Origin: Eledone cirrhosa
Lineage: Eukaryota
Direction of reading: 5' to 3'
Assembly (NCBI GenBank): GCA_964016885.1
Contig: OZ024756.1
Coordinates: 39,928,001 to 39,992,000, forward strand
Length of the DNA stretch: 64,000 nucleotides
In this document: one piece after another, positions 39,734 to 52,829 of the stretch
Position numbering within the stretch: the stretch's first letter is position 1
Layout: each line of letters starts with the position of its first letter
The notes under the pieces: model-generated
Told to the model about the DNA's origin: nothing
The model's database searches: none
Seen by the model: the letters and a program-made list of their open reading frames with translations, nothing else
Program-made: the position numbers and the translations under genes

Positions 39734-40796
39734 CATATACACACATGCACACACAAATTTATGCCTACATAAATATGTATGTATGTATATATGTATATAT
39801 ACACATGCACACACAAATATATGGCTACACAAACATGTATATATGTATGTGCGTGTTTTATATATATAATGCCCCAACAGGAGTTTAGTAAGAGGGGCAT
39901 TAGATGGGAACTACACCAAGAAGGGAAACCCGCTGTTTTACAGCAGGAACAAAATTCATGCAGCGTGTCAAATATATTTCTTTGCATGAGGGAGTTACAG
40001 ATTCATGTGGGTGCAGTGAATTGGTTAGATAAATAAAAGGGGGCTGATAACGTTTCAGTGGGTGGCTAGTTGTGGAGTGGGAGGTAAACCCTGCCAAACA
40101 CAGATGGTGATCAAAAGGGGTCCACATTTACACACCTAAAGATATATACTTTTAAGGATATATTTAAGAAGCTAAATGAATATTTGTCATTACCCTCGGT
40201 ATTTTTATTGTTTCTTTTTTAAAAAACTGTTTAGTTGGGAGTGTGGGGAGGGAAGTAAGGCAATGCCCGTGACCCTTTACAGAACCCCTGAGACTGGCTG
40301 GAAGAGCGGTTTTTATGGGGGGTGACGGGGTACTGTTTAGTCATGGAGGGAACGGCAGTTCTTGTGATGTGACTCTTTTTTTTAGAACCCCCGAGACTTT
40401 GGATGAGAGGAAGTGAAGGGTATTCCCAAGAGAGACCTATCCCGAATGACTGCAAATGATTGGGCTTCACTAAAAGCCCACAAACGACATGTGGGTGGGG
40501 GGCATCAAACCGGATTCTTAATCGATCTGCAAATAACATGTTATTTCCATCAGGATTCGTATTGACTAGAGTTGGGCCTCACATGTTGAAGATTAGAAAA
40601 GGCGTCAACTAATCGATGTATGTGTGGTAGTATATAAACGTGTGTGTGTGTGTGTGTGTACATACACATAGATACACACGCGAGTGTTTATGTTTATTTT
40701 ATGTGTGTATGTATATATATGTACGCATACACACTCATATATATGACATGCTCATTCTTAAGTGTTGTAAGAGAGTAATAGAAGTGCAGATATATA

Positions 40797-40839
<43 letters not shown>

Positions 40840-40865
40840 TGTAATAAACAACATAAGATAATTAT

Positions 40866-40923
40866 TTCATTCACCAGTGGTTTCTTGAAAGCAACCAAAA
40901 TTGCTTTCATTCATCAGAATGAA
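40866..40923 (-). ncRNA. Hammerhead (family D), cleavage nucleotide mutated to G
   Basis: ttcatt-CTGATGA-tgaaagcaa/ttgctttca-GAAACCAcTGGT-G-aatgaa. Confidence 0.65.
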
Positions 40924-41046
40924 AAAAATCCTGGTGTCTTTATTGATAGTGGTTTTGAAAAACTCAAATATATATATATATAAATAAAATAAAATAAAAA
41001 TGGCGTAAACATTACAATACAATAGGAGGGAACATGATAATAGTAC

Positions 41047-41084
41047 CACTGATGATGTTGCAGATGTGCAACGAAAGAACTTTG
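41047..41084 (+). ncRNA. Minimal hammerhead (family G)
   Basis: ca-CTGATGA-t gttgca gatg tgcaac-GAAAGaaCT-T-tg. Confidence 0.6.
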
Positions 41085-41572
41085 ATAGACTATATATATA
41101 TATTTATATCTGTATTTTTAACCGTTGGTCAATCAATGATAAACGTTGATTGCCAAATAAATTAACTATGGAGATATAGAAGATACAGAAGCGAAAACCA
41201 ACCAAACAGTGAGTTCTGTTATTATTTCTGAAAGTATTTAAAAAGAATTTCATTTTTAAAAAATATGAATTATTAAACGTTATGAGACTGAAAGTTGCAG
41301 TATATGGGAAGGGTGTACCTAACTGAACTCGTGTCTTTGTATATGTGTGGTGGGTGAGTGAGTGTATAGGGTGAGTGAGTGTAAGTGTGTGGCGTGAGTG
41401 AGTGTGTGTATGTGGGTGAGTGTTTGTTTATACCATTTTATAGATGTACAGTTTTACCTGAGGCACAGATGTTTTCAAACAAATATTTAAATACGAATGT
41501 CAAACAATGTTTTATCTGTACAACTGATACATCAAAATACTGTGTATATATATATATATTTAATTATATCAG

Positions 41573-41787
41573 AGCTTTATATCTGGAGATCTCTCTGCAC
41601 TTGTCCTCACATGGTACCATGGGCCCAGCACTATGTGTCAATAATTGTCACAAGTGTAGTGTTTGTACCAGAGTTTTCAAGTCGCTGGCTGGACTAAAAA
41701 GTCACACTTGTTCAGCGCATCGGTAGGGGTTCTCCTACATGGATATAAAGTAGTGGCCGTACTCGAAAACGAGTTGGCAGCCACCAT
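41573..41787 (+). mobile_element. RTE-derived element, 3' part
   Basis: Near-identical to 38073-38286. Confidence 0.75.
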
Positions 41788-41789
41788 AT

Positions 41790-41945
41790 ATTTAATTACA
41801 TAATAAACAACAATGTAATTATTCCATTACCAAAGGTTTCAGGAAACTAGACGATCCTTCCAGAAACGTCCAGCTCGTTTCTGGAAGGATCGTCTAGTTT
41901 CCTGAAACCTCTGGTAATGGAATAATTATATTATGTAATTAAATA
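41790..41945. mobile_element. Family D-like palindrome folded within hammerhead stem II
   Basis: Centre gaaacgtccagctcgtttc; GAAACCtctGGTA on the arms. Confidence 0.7.
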
Positions 41946-42011
41946 GCTCTGTACAATACATAGAGCACTCTTCCTTCCTTTACCTTTTATACGGAAATTC
42001 ATAACACATAA

Positions 42012-42081
<70 letters not shown>

Positions 42082-42211
42082 GTGTGTGTGTGTTGGCTAC
42101 TATTTTAGTACACCCAGAGGCTTTCCCCGTTAGCTCGTATATATATATTTCGAGGGCGGTGCCCCAGCATGGCCTCAGCCGGATGGCTGGAACAGGTAGA
42201 ACAGTAAAAGA

Positions 42212-42258
<47 letters not shown>

Positions 42259-42275
42259 GAAAGAGAGAGAGGTGG

Positions 42276-42432
42276 CTTCTAGAGAACTAGAACTGTTTCA
42301 TTCGAAAGAAATCATCAGGAAAGGAAACAGTTCTACTCTTGTAGAAGCCATCTCTATATTAAATTTGATGTTTACACTCTACTATAATCTATTGAGTACC
42401 TTACTGTGGTCACCCCCGATTGAATCAGGGAC
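42276..42432 (+). mobile_element. Family B element with fold-back
   Basis: gaaatcatcagga|aaggaaacagttct. Confidence 0.7.
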
Positions 42433-42438
42433 ATACAT

Positions 42439-42470
<32 letters not shown>

Positions 42471-42501
42471 CTGTATATATACTGTATATATATTATATAT
42501 A

Positions 42502-42610
42502 CAAGGTGTCCCACAAAAATGTATACACACTTCAATAGCATTCTAATAAATATTGCCTGTAGAGGTAATCAAAGTGTGTATACCTTTTTTGGGGGGTGGG
42601 GGGACACCCT

Positions 42611-42656
<46 letters not shown>

Positions 42657-42888
42657 GTATTTATATACACAGGGTGTCCCAAGAAATGTATACACACTTC
42701 AACAATAAATATTACCTGTACAGGTAATTAAAGTGTCAAAGTGTGTATATCTTTTTTATGGGACACCCTGTATATATATATATATATATATATACAGGGC
42801 GTCCCAAAAAAGTGTATACACACTTTCTAATAAATATTACCTGTACAGGTAATCAAAGTGTGTATATCAGTTTTGTGGTAACACCCTG
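42502..42888. mobile_element. Three MITE copies (42502-42611, 42670-42770, 42795-42888)
   Basis: CAGGGTGTCCC..GGACACCCTG TIRs, separated by (TA)n. Confidence 0.8.
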
Positions 42889-43023
42889 TGATGTATGTAT
42901 ATATACATATATATATATACATGTGTGTGTGTACTTGTTTTGTTTTGTATGTTAGAACTAATGTGTATATAGGCGGGGGATCGGAAGGTGGTAGATAGTT
43001 AAAAAGGTTTAAGGAGTACTTAC

Positions 43024-43137
43024 CCTTAGAGGTAAATTCATGGTAAAACAATTCTCCGTGTTGGCTCTGTACTAATCCAAGCCAACTCCAGTTGTAAGCC
43101 GCAGACGAGTAAAGAAAATATGGCTTCATAAAAACTA
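43024..43137 (-). CDS. Candidate exon (VFMKPYFLYSSAAYNWSWLGLVQSQHGELFYHEFTSK)
   Basis: Acceptor gttgtctacag, strong donor AAGG|gtaagt, 114 nt open, phase 1-1. Confidence 0.3.
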
Positions 43138-43254
43138 CTGTAGACAACAGACTTTCTTTCTCGCTCCTACGAGATATGGTAGGATGGCGGCGGGGGTGGT
43201 GGTGGTTGAAGTATTATTTGTGGCGATGGCGGAGTAATTGTTGTGTTATTAGTG

Positions 43255-43852
43255 GTGGTGGTAGTAGTGGTGGTGGTATTAGTAGTAGTAGTGGGTGCTA
43301 GTAGTTATGGTGGTGTTGTTTATAGTAGTGATGTTGGTGGTAATTATAGTAGTGGTGGTGGTGGTGGTGGTGATAGTAGTAGTAGTAGTAGTAGTGGTGG
43401 TAGTGGTAGTAGTAGTAGTGGTAGTAGTAGTGGTGGTGGTGGTGGTGGTGGTGGTGGTAGTGGTGGTGGTGGTAGTAGTGGTGGTGGTAGTAGTAGTGGT
43501 GGTAGTGGTAGTGGTGGTGGTAGTAGTAGTAGTGGTGGTGGTAGTAGTGGTAGTAGTAGTAGAGTTGGAGGTGACTAATTGAGGCCATGGTGGCGGTGGT
43601 GGTGGAGGTTGGGGTGGTGGTGGCGGTAATTGATGCCATGGTGGCGGTGGTGGTGGCGGTAATTGAGGCCATGGTGGCGGTGGAGGTTGAGGTGGAGGTG
43701 GAGGTGGAGGTTGAGGTGGAGGTGGTGGTGGAGGTTGAGGTGGAGGTGGTGGTGGAGGTTGAGGTGGAGGTGGTGGTGGAGGTGGAGGTGTAGCTCCGGG
43801 AGTAGTTTTACCTGTTGTTGAAGCTGTAGTAGTTGTGATATAACCCAGTTTA

Positions 43853-43899
<47 letters not shown>

Positions 43900-44425
43900 A
43901 TGGTGGTGGTGGTGGTGTTGGTGGTGGTAGTAGTGGTAGTAGTGGTAGTAGTAGGTGGTGGTGGTGGTAGTAGTGGTAGTAGTAGGTGGTGGTGGTAGTA
44001 GTAGTGGTAGTAGTAGGTGGTGGTGGTGGTAGTAGTGGTAGTAGTAGGTGGTGGTGGTGGTAGTAGTGGTAATAGTAGGTGGTGGTGGTGGTAGTAGTGG
44101 TAATAGTAGGTGGTGGTGGTGGTAGTAGTGGTAGTAGTAGGTGGTGGTGGTGGTAGTAGTGGTAGTAGTAGGTGGTGGTGGTGGTGGTGGTAGTAGTGGT
44201 AATAGTAGGTGGTGGTGGTGGTAGTAGTGGTAATAGTAGGTGGTGGTGGTGGTAGTAGTGGTAGTAGTAGGTGGTGGTGGTGGTAGTAGTGGTAGTAGTA
44301 GGTGGTGGTGGTGGTGGTGGTAGTAGTGGTAATAGTAGGTGGTGGTGGTGGTAGTAGGTGGTGGTAGTAGTAGGTGGTGGTGGTGGTGGTAGTAGGTGGT
44401 GGTAGTAGTGGTAGTAGTAGGTGGT
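43255..44425. repeat. (GGT/AGT/GGA)n compound tract
   Basis: Direct reading. Confidence 0.9.
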
Positions 44426-44615
44426 GTTGGTGTCAGCCAGAAATGCCAGTGTAAGAGATTGTCTCCAAGGTGAGACATGAAGGACGGGGTGGGGGGTCAA
44501 TGGAAGAAGAGAACGTAAAGTGACAATGGTAAGAATAAAGAGAGAGAAAGAGTAAGAGTCCTAGACAGTGAGTGATAGATAGAGTAATAGAAAGAGAGAG
44601 AGAGAGAGATTAGTT

Positions 44616-44647
<32 letters not shown>

Positions 44648-44652
<5 letters not shown>

Positions 44653-45004
44653 TACTTGGGGAGGGTCATATTGTTGTAATAATATTGCCAAAATTAATAA
44701 CAGAACACACTCACTGATTAAATAAAGATGACGTAGACATACAATATAACAGGAGGAAACATAATAGCACCACTGACGATGTTGCAGATGTGCAACGAAA
44801 GAACTTTGTAAGATTATATATATGTGTTTGTGTCTATATTATATCTGTATTTTTGACTGTTGGTCAGTCAATGGTAAACATTGAGGACCGAATAAATTAA
44901 CTGATATAAAAGATACAGAAGCGAAAACCAACCAAACAGTGAGTGTGTTCTGTTATTAATTCTGGCAATATTATTACAACAATATGACCCTCCCCAAGTA
45001 TAAC

Positions 45005-45009
<5 letters not shown>
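44648..45009 (+). mobile_element. Family G element: inverted 3' end, hammerhead (44771-44808), body
   Basis: 44648-44716 is the reverse complement of 44936-45005; CTGACGA-gttgca/tgcaac-GAAAG; (TA)n flanks. Confidence 0.75.
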
Positions 45010-45044
<35 letters not shown>

Positions 45045-45328
45045 AATGAGTTATTTGGTTTGTTGATTATTCAACAAAGTTAATTTACAACAGATTAGAA
45101 GCACTCAACGAATTTTTACCGGAGTATCATTAATATCAATAATATTAATAAATGGAAAATATATTTATAAAACGATATTTATTTCATTATACGTATTTCA
45201 AGGGTACTAATATCTTATATATATATTTTCTAATGCATTGTATGGCTTTAAAAATTATTCAAATTTATATTTCCTATTCAACAATGATTCAAGCAAACTA
45301 CAACATCCTGTTATATGTATATATATAC

Positions 45329-45360
<32 letters not shown>

Positions 45361-45364
45361 CTGC

Positions 45365-45406
<42 letters not shown>

Positions 45407-45840
45407 ATACACAGATTGCCGAGGTGGTGGTTGTTGTTGAGGATGATATATGAAAAGGCCGGACTAGAGGTATGTATTAATTTGATTGTTTTTCAAGATG
45501 AAGTGATAAGTTATCAAGATTTGACCTCACCCCCAATTACCATGTGTGACAGGGTATAGTGGTGGTGGTGGGGGGGTTATCGTGGCAATTATAGTGTTGA
45601 TGGTTGTTGTGATAGCAGTAGTATTCGTAGTTTTGGTAGTAGTCGTAGTGGTCGCGACAGTTTTAATGGTATTGCTGGTTGTGAGAGTTACAGTGGTGTT
45701 GGTGGTTGTGATGGCAGTAGCATTGGTAGTAGTTTATGAATTTGATCAGGGTGGGTTCTACACTACACAAGTTTGGGCTCTTTTGTTGTCCTGTTAGATC
45801 TAATTAACCCCCACCCCCACCCCCCACCCCCCACCCCCCA

Positions 45841-46275
45841 CTCGGTCACGAATGACCATAGGATTTGTACCTAGAAAGTTCCCCTCCGAGGCACAAGTCT
45901 GGACAAGGTTGTTTGTGGAAGACCAGCAGTCGCCCATGTATACCAGTCTCCCCTCTCCACACCACTGATGTTGTCCAAGAGAAAGGCACTGACCAATACA
46001 GCTTGGCACCAGTGACCTCATAACACATATACACACTATATATATACTATATACACACTATATGTATTCTATATACACACTATCTATGGTGTTGACCAAG
46101 ACAATGGCCGATACAGCTTGGCACAAGTGACGTCGCAACTTATTTCTACAGCTGAGTAAACTGGAGCAACATGAATTAAAGTGTCTTGCTCAAGGACATA
46201 ATGCATCACCCGGTTTGAGAATCAAACTCACAACCTCACGATTGCAAGCCCAACACTCTAACCACTAAACATCAT
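45841..46275 (-). mobile_element. CORE-type SINE with long tail and internal duplication
   Basis: gtgtcttgctcaaggacat core; atacagcttggcac duplicated. Confidence 0.75.
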
Positions 46276-46498
46276 GCATAATACATGTATAAGGTAGATA
46301 ACTCTTATAAGATAAGCAAAGCGAAATCTTTGAAAAATAAACATTACGCATGTGAGAGAGGATCTTGTTTTTAAATCTTGTTAGTGGAAGCAAAGGACGT
46401 GTTTCTGTTTGTTAGACATCATCAGCGAACCTCTTCTACTCAGTTACTAAAACATATATTGAGAAATAGAGAGAATGTGATGAGGGTGTGTGAGTTAG

Positions 46499-46562
<64 letters not shown>

Positions 46563-46564
<2 letters not shown>

Positions 46565-46960
46565 AAAAAAAAAAGGAAAAGGATGACTTCACTTGTAGTT
46601 CTAAATAATTTGATTTAATTTTATAATATTATAATATTATGAGTTGGTAGATCTAGTATAAGGTCGGCTTGGTCTGCTTTTGGGGTGGGTGTGAATTTCA
46701 GAAAAGGAAAAAGGAAACAAACACCACCCTTCAAGTGGCACTCGACGAGAAAACTCCAAAGGAACCAAAAATAATCAACCTGGGCTAAAAAACTAACACA
46801 ACAGGAAATCAAACTGCTAGAAAATGAACGGAAATTCACACCCATTCCAAAAGCAGACCAAGCCGACCTTATACTAGATCTACTAACTCATAATATTATA
46901 ATATAAAATTAAATCAAATTATTTAGAACTACAAGTGAAGTCATTCTTTTCCTTTTTTTT
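46563..46960. mobile_element. Penelope-like element ORF remnant with inverted duplication
   Basis: Plus strand PKIINLG/KLTQQEIKLLENERKFTPIPK, other arm LKFTPTPK; matches the PLE N-terminal INLS..LT..E..LL.KGL.F.PTP motif; arms about 135 bp. Confidence 0.7.
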
Positions 46961-47592
46961 TCAAATATACCTAACTGTAGCAAGGATCTCACACATTTTC
47001 CAATATATATATATATATACACACACACAGACGGCTCACGTTTCCCTCCAGCTATAGTCATCGAAACCACACACTCATACACCGCACACACACACACTCT
47101 TTCTCTCTCTTTCTCTCTCTCTTTCTCTCTCTATCTATCTATCTATTTATCTATCTATCTGTCTATCTATCTATCTATCTATCTTCATTCATTTATTGGT
47201 CTCTCTCTGACTCGTGTCTTCTGTGTCATCCTTACTCTCTATCACAGCTCCTCTCTCCTTCCTTACTCTCTATCACAGCTCCCCCCCTCCCTTACTCTCT
47301 ATCACAGCTCCCCTCCCTTACTCTCTATCAGAGCTCCTCCTCCCTTACTCTCTATCACAGCCCCCCTCCCCTGCCTTACTCTCTGTCACTACTCCCCCTC
47401 CCTTACTCCTCTCTGTCACCCTCAAGGTCATACACTTTCAATACTGTTATATTGGCAGCAGCTGCTGACCTTTTACACCAATTCTGGCTGTGTCAGTGTC
47501 AGTGTCAGTGTGCATGTGCATGTGTGTGTGTGAGTGTGTAATAGTGGTATATATATATATAGTTATGTAATAAACAACATAATGTAATTAAT

Positions 47593-47661
47593 TCATTTAC
47601 CAAAGGTTTCACGAAGACAGACGAGCTTGGCACAGACGTCTGCCTTCAATCATCAGAATGA
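47593..47661 (-). ncRNA. Type I hammerhead (family D variant), intact
   Basis: tcatt-CTGATGA-tgaaggcagacg/cgtctgtcttcg-GAAACCtttGGT-A-aatga. Confidence 0.8.
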
Positions 47662-48435
47662 GTGTATAGCAGTGATTAAGAGAAATCATTTACGTTTTGT
47701 ATGGCTATATTGTTGGCTTGAGTAAACATAATTTCTATTTTCAGGACGTGCGTATCTATATGTATGTATATATACGTATCTATATGTATGTATATATACA
47801 TATGTATTTGTATGTCTTTGCATAAAATACTAATCTCTATACCAAGGGTACATTTTGAACTCAGATTTTGGTATATTGATCTCAAGTTTCTAAACTAAAC
47901 ATATGGTCATTATTGAACAATGTTTAATTTCTCATATTATATATCTATGTCCCATTCATGAATATTGATACTTATATTTATATTTTTATTATTCATTTCA
48001 TATAAATTGTTAACTTAACTTAATATGACATGACGTAAAGTCGTCACTGTCCCCCTCTCTATATTTCCCCCTCTCTTTATTTCTCTCTCTTGAGTTTCTC
48101 TTTCTGTATGATGACTTGATATCTCTCTGTTGCTTTCCTTTGTTTTTCTTATTCCTTCCTTTTCTTTCTTTTTTATTTCCTCCTATCTTTATCTATCTCT
48201 TTCTTTTCTCCGTACTTTTCTCTCTCTCTCCGATATTTCTCCAGGTTTTCTTTCTCTTTTCTTTCTCTCTCTCTCTGTCTTTGTTCTTTTCTCTTTCTTT
48301 CTTTCTCTCCGTCTTTTTCTAATTGTGCTTAACACTATGACTTATATGAACAAATCACTATCCAGACAGCCTCCAAAAGTAATGGTTGTATTTTAAAGGG
48401 TACGTCAAACCTATTTGTAAAACTGTTATATATTG

Positions 48436-48500
48436 TATTTTGTCTGATGAAGGCATACCATAATTTAATGTGGTATCCCTGAAATATGTATAATGAAATA
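48436..48500 (+). ncRNA. Type I hammerhead (family C)
   Basis: tattttgt-CTGATGA-agg.ataccata/tgtggtat.cct-GAAA-tatgta-TA-atgaaata. Confidence 0.75.
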
Positions 48501-48539
48501 AATATGGTTTTATAAATATAGTTTCCATTTATTAATATC

Positions 48540-48575
<36 letters not shown>

Positions 48576-48586
48576 TCATATATATA

Positions 48587-48758
48587 ACGAAGGAATTGTG
48601 GTAAGGAACCAGATGGACCATAACGCACCAGAGTACTCAATACTTAGGGTAGTAGAGTGGGTAATAGGAAAAAGTATGACCCCAACGGCAGAGCTCAAGC
48701 CGTTTCTAGAAATAGCCGTCGAAACGGCTTGAGCTCTGCCGTCAGGGTCATACTTTTT

Positions 48759-48762
<4 letters not shown>
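48587..48762 (-). mobile_element. Family A element with fold-back
   Basis: Junction ccgtttctagaaatagcc. Confidence 0.75.
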
Positions 48763-48804
<42 letters not shown>

Positions 48805-49109
48805 CATTAAAAGTGATGTTATAGCATAAATGTAACGGGGGTTGCATATTGGTGCATATACGAAATGTTTATGTATAATATACATCCTGCATCTGTGTGA
48901 GTGTGTTTATGTGTGTGTGTGTGCGTGTTTGTGTGTGTGTGTATGTGTGTGTTTGTGTGTTTCTATGTGTGTGTTTGTGTGTGTCTATGTATGTGTGTCA
49001 GTTGTCGGACTTTGAGGAGTGGCTAATTGCAGTGCTGGACTGACTTTTGTGGTTTTTCTGACAAAATTACTGGCCATATATATGGTGGGGGGGGGGGACA
49101 GTGTTCGGT

Positions 49110-49665
49110 GTAGTGGTGGTGGTGGAGGAGGGGGGAGGGTCGTGTTGATGTTGTTGTTGTTGGTGCTGGTGCTGGTGTTGGTGTTGGTGTTGGTGTTTGT
49201 GGTGGTGGTGCTGGTGCTGGTGGGGCTGCTGCTGGTGGTGATAGTTGTGGTGGTGGTGCTGGTGGTGGTGGTGGTGCTGATAGTTGTGGTAGTGGTGGTG
49301 GTGGTGGTGGTGGTGGTGGTGGTGCTGATAGTTGTGGTAGTGGTGGTGGTGGTGGTGGTGCTGGTGGTGGTGGTGGTGGTGGTTGTGGTAGTGGTGGTGC
49401 TGGTGGTGGTGGTGGTGGTGGTGATAGTGGTGCTGATAGTTGTGGTGGTGGTGCTGGTGCTGGTGGTGGTGGTGGTGGTGCTGATAGTTGTGGTAGTGGT
49501 GGTGCTGGTGGTGGTGGTGCTGGTGCTGGTGGGGCTGGTGGTGGTGGTGATAGTTGTGGTGGTGGTGGTGATAGTTGTGGTGGTGGTGGTGGTGCTGGTG
49601 GGGCTGGTGGTGGTGGTGATAGTTGTGGTGGTGGTGGTGATAGTTGTGGTGGTGGTGGTAGTGCT
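49110..49665. repeat. (GGT/GCT)n compound tract
   Basis: Direct reading. Confidence 0.9.
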
Positions 49666-50297
49666 GTTAGATGTTGTGACAACCACTGATGAAGGAATTA
49701 TTAATGGTGTTAATTATAGCAATGTCGTCCATAATTTATTCCAGTGAGTGGCGTGTACGGGAATATTTTGAAATGGCTGCTGAAAGTAACTTTACCGGAA
49801 ACTGTGTAACAGCCATATTGAATTGGGCTGAATAATTGACTGAAACAATGAGGAAAAGCAGCAACCACCACCACCACCATTACTGCTACTACTACTACCA
49901 CTACTACTACAACTACAACCACCACCACTACATCTACTACTACTGCTACTACTACTACCACTACTACTACTACAAATACAACCACCACTACCTCTACTAC
50001 TACTGCTACTACTACTACAAATACAACCACCACTACCTCTACTACTACTGCTACTACTACTACAAATACAACCACCACTACCACGAGTACCACCACTACC
50101 ACTACTACCACCACCACCACTACGTATATCGGTATAAGCAGTGTACTTAGTCGAGCTATCAATTACACATGATAGCTGATTACTAGTATACATACATATA
50201 TATATATATATGTATATATACATACATATATATACATATATATATATATATGTATATATACATACATATATATACATATATATATATACATACACAC

Positions 50298-50328
<31 letters not shown>

Positions 50329-50411
50329 CAATCATATGTGAGTGTGTCTTTGTACGTAGATATAAATAAATACATGATACATGTATACGTTGTATATTAA
50401 TATCCCTGCTG

Positions 50412-50515
<104 letters not shown>

Positions 50516-50645
50516 ACACACACTTCTACACACACACACACCAAAATGTATATATATAGTTGAATAATGTGTCTGAATGATGACGTCAGAAGATATCAAA
50601 TGTTCCGTTCCTCTCTAAAGTATTTCCATGATGTGTGTAATATAT

Positions 50646-51775
50646 CTTGATATACCATTACTAGGGGTATATGGACAGGTGAGATATCCCAACTTGATAT
50701 ACCACTACTAGGGGGATATGGACAGGTGAGATATCCCAACTTGATATACCACTACTAGGGGGATATGGACAGGTGAGATATCCCAACTTGATATACCACT
50801 ACTAGGGGTATATGGACAGGTGAGATATCCCAACTTGATATATCACTACTAGGGAGATATGGACAGGTGAGATATCCCAACTTGATATATCATTACTAGG
50901 GGGATATGGACAGGTGAGATATCCCAACTTGATATATCACTACTAGGGGGATATGGACAGGTGAGATATCCCAACTTGATATATCACTACTAGGGGGATA
51001 TGGACAGGTGAGATATCCCAACTTGATATATCATTACTAGGGAGATATGGACAGGTGAGATATCCCAACTTGATATATCACTACTAGGGGGGATATGGAC
51101 AGGTGAGATATCCCAACTTGATATATCACTACTAGGGGGGATATGGACAGGTGAGATATCCCAACTTGATATATCACTACTAGGGAGATATGGACAGGTG
51201 AGATATCCCAACTTGATATATCATTACTAGGGGGATATGGACAGGTGAGATATCCCAACTTGATATATCACTACTAGGGAGATATGGACAGGTGAGATAT
51301 CCCAACTTGATATATCATTACTAGGGGGATATGGACAGGTGAGATATCCCAACTTGATATATCATTACTAGGGGGATATGGACAGGTGAGATATCCCAAC
51401 TTGATATATCATTACTAGGGGGATATGGACAGGTGAGATATCCCAACTTGATATATCATTACTAGGGGGATATGGACAGGTGAGATATCCCAACTTGATA
51501 TATCATTACTAGGGGGATATGGACAGGTGAGATATCCCAACTTGATATATCACTACTAGGGGGATATGGACAGGTGAGATATCCCAACTTGATATATCAT
51601 TACTAGGGGGATATGGACAGGTGAGATATCCCAACTTGATATATCACTACTAGGGAGATATGGACAGGTGAGATATCCCAACTTGATATACCATTACTAG
51701 GGGGATATGGACAGGTGAGATATCCCAACTTGATATATCACTACTAGGGGGGATATGGACAGGTGAGATATCCCC
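50646..51775. repeat. 47-bp minisatellite, about 24 copies
   Basis: tatcactactagggggatatggacaggtgagatatcccaacttgata. Confidence 0.95.
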
Positions 51776-51896
51776 CACCATTATATAAATCGATGGCAGT
51801 TAAGCAACTCCATACCATTAACCTCTGAATAGAACATCTATTCTGTTTATTATTGTCACCTCGGCTTATTCTGTCATTGTCTACCATTGGCAGTAT

Positions 51897-52075
51897 CTGG
51901 CAGTATCGGTAGAGGGTCGGGCGCCATGCTTTCCAGCAGAGTTACGTCCCTTTATGATCTGAGTTCAAATCCCGCCGAGGTTGACTTTGCCTTTCATCCT
52001 TACGGGGTCGATAAAATAAAGTACCAGTAATGCACTGGGTAATTGCTGGCCTTGTGCCTAATGTAGAAACAATTA
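51897..52075 (+). mobile_element. SINE group 1
   Basis: Near-consensus copy. Confidence 0.9.
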
Positions 52076-52084
52076 TATCTAACA

Positions 52085-52245
52085 TCCAGAGTTGACACTG
52101 CACTCAGTGCTCCTGTGGGAGCCCCTGCATGGACACACTGGAAGAGGGAAACCGAGGTTGACATATGTTGATGCCCTAACGACAGACACTGGTCTGTTGG
52201 AGACGCAGGACATGGCAGCGATGATGAGGGACAGATACCGCTGGA
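52085..52245 (+). mobile_element. RTE-like LINE C-terminal fragment, second family
   Basis: VLLWEPLHGHTGRGKPRLTYVDAL..DTGL..MMRDRYRW. Confidence 0.65.
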
Positions 52246-52246
52246 G

Positions 52247-52397
52247 AGATCCCGTTAAGGGTGAAAGCAGCGATTCTTTGCTTAAACTTTAATCTGTTAT
52301 TTTAATAAATATTTGCTCTACGGTTTTATATATTTTATTTATATATATTATCCTTATTGAGCCCTCTTCGGATTTTAGTCTTCACATTTATTATTAT

Positions 52398-52400
<3 letters not shown>
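52247..52400 (+). mobile_element. Family E element, colinear, starting in the hammerhead core
   Basis: agat ccc gttaa ggg t GAAAGCA..TGCT-T; ends in (TA)n. Confidence 0.7.
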
Positions 52401-52452
<52 letters not shown>

Positions 52453-52793
52453 GGTGGGAGGGTGGCTCTAGGTGATTGTCCCGGCTGGATTAGATTTGAC
52501 CATAAGCAAAGTGATAACAGACGAAGTCGACCAAGATGGAATACGAAATGAGGACGTAAGTAAACACCGCAAGGTATTTTATCTGACGTTCTGTCGATGA
52601 TTATAAGTGCAGGTGTCACGATTTTAATAATAAAAAAACCCATTTCGTAAACAAGCCGTGTAGAGATAGAGAGTGGGGGTAAGAGAGGGGGGAGATAAAA
52701 GATATACTCATATCTTAAATACATACAACACATGCACACACATATATATATATATATATACATACACACACACACATATATATATATATACAT

Positions 52794-52828
<35 letters not shown>

Positions 52829-52829
52829 C

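Noticed and set aside
41620-41726. C2H2 zinc-finger gene exon (CSVCTRVFKSLAGLKSH)
   Set aside because: It occurs three times as the 3' end of a dispersed RTE-derived element
49683-49750. CTGATGA followed by a hairpin
   Set aside because: No GAAA or stem III follows, so it is not a hammerhead
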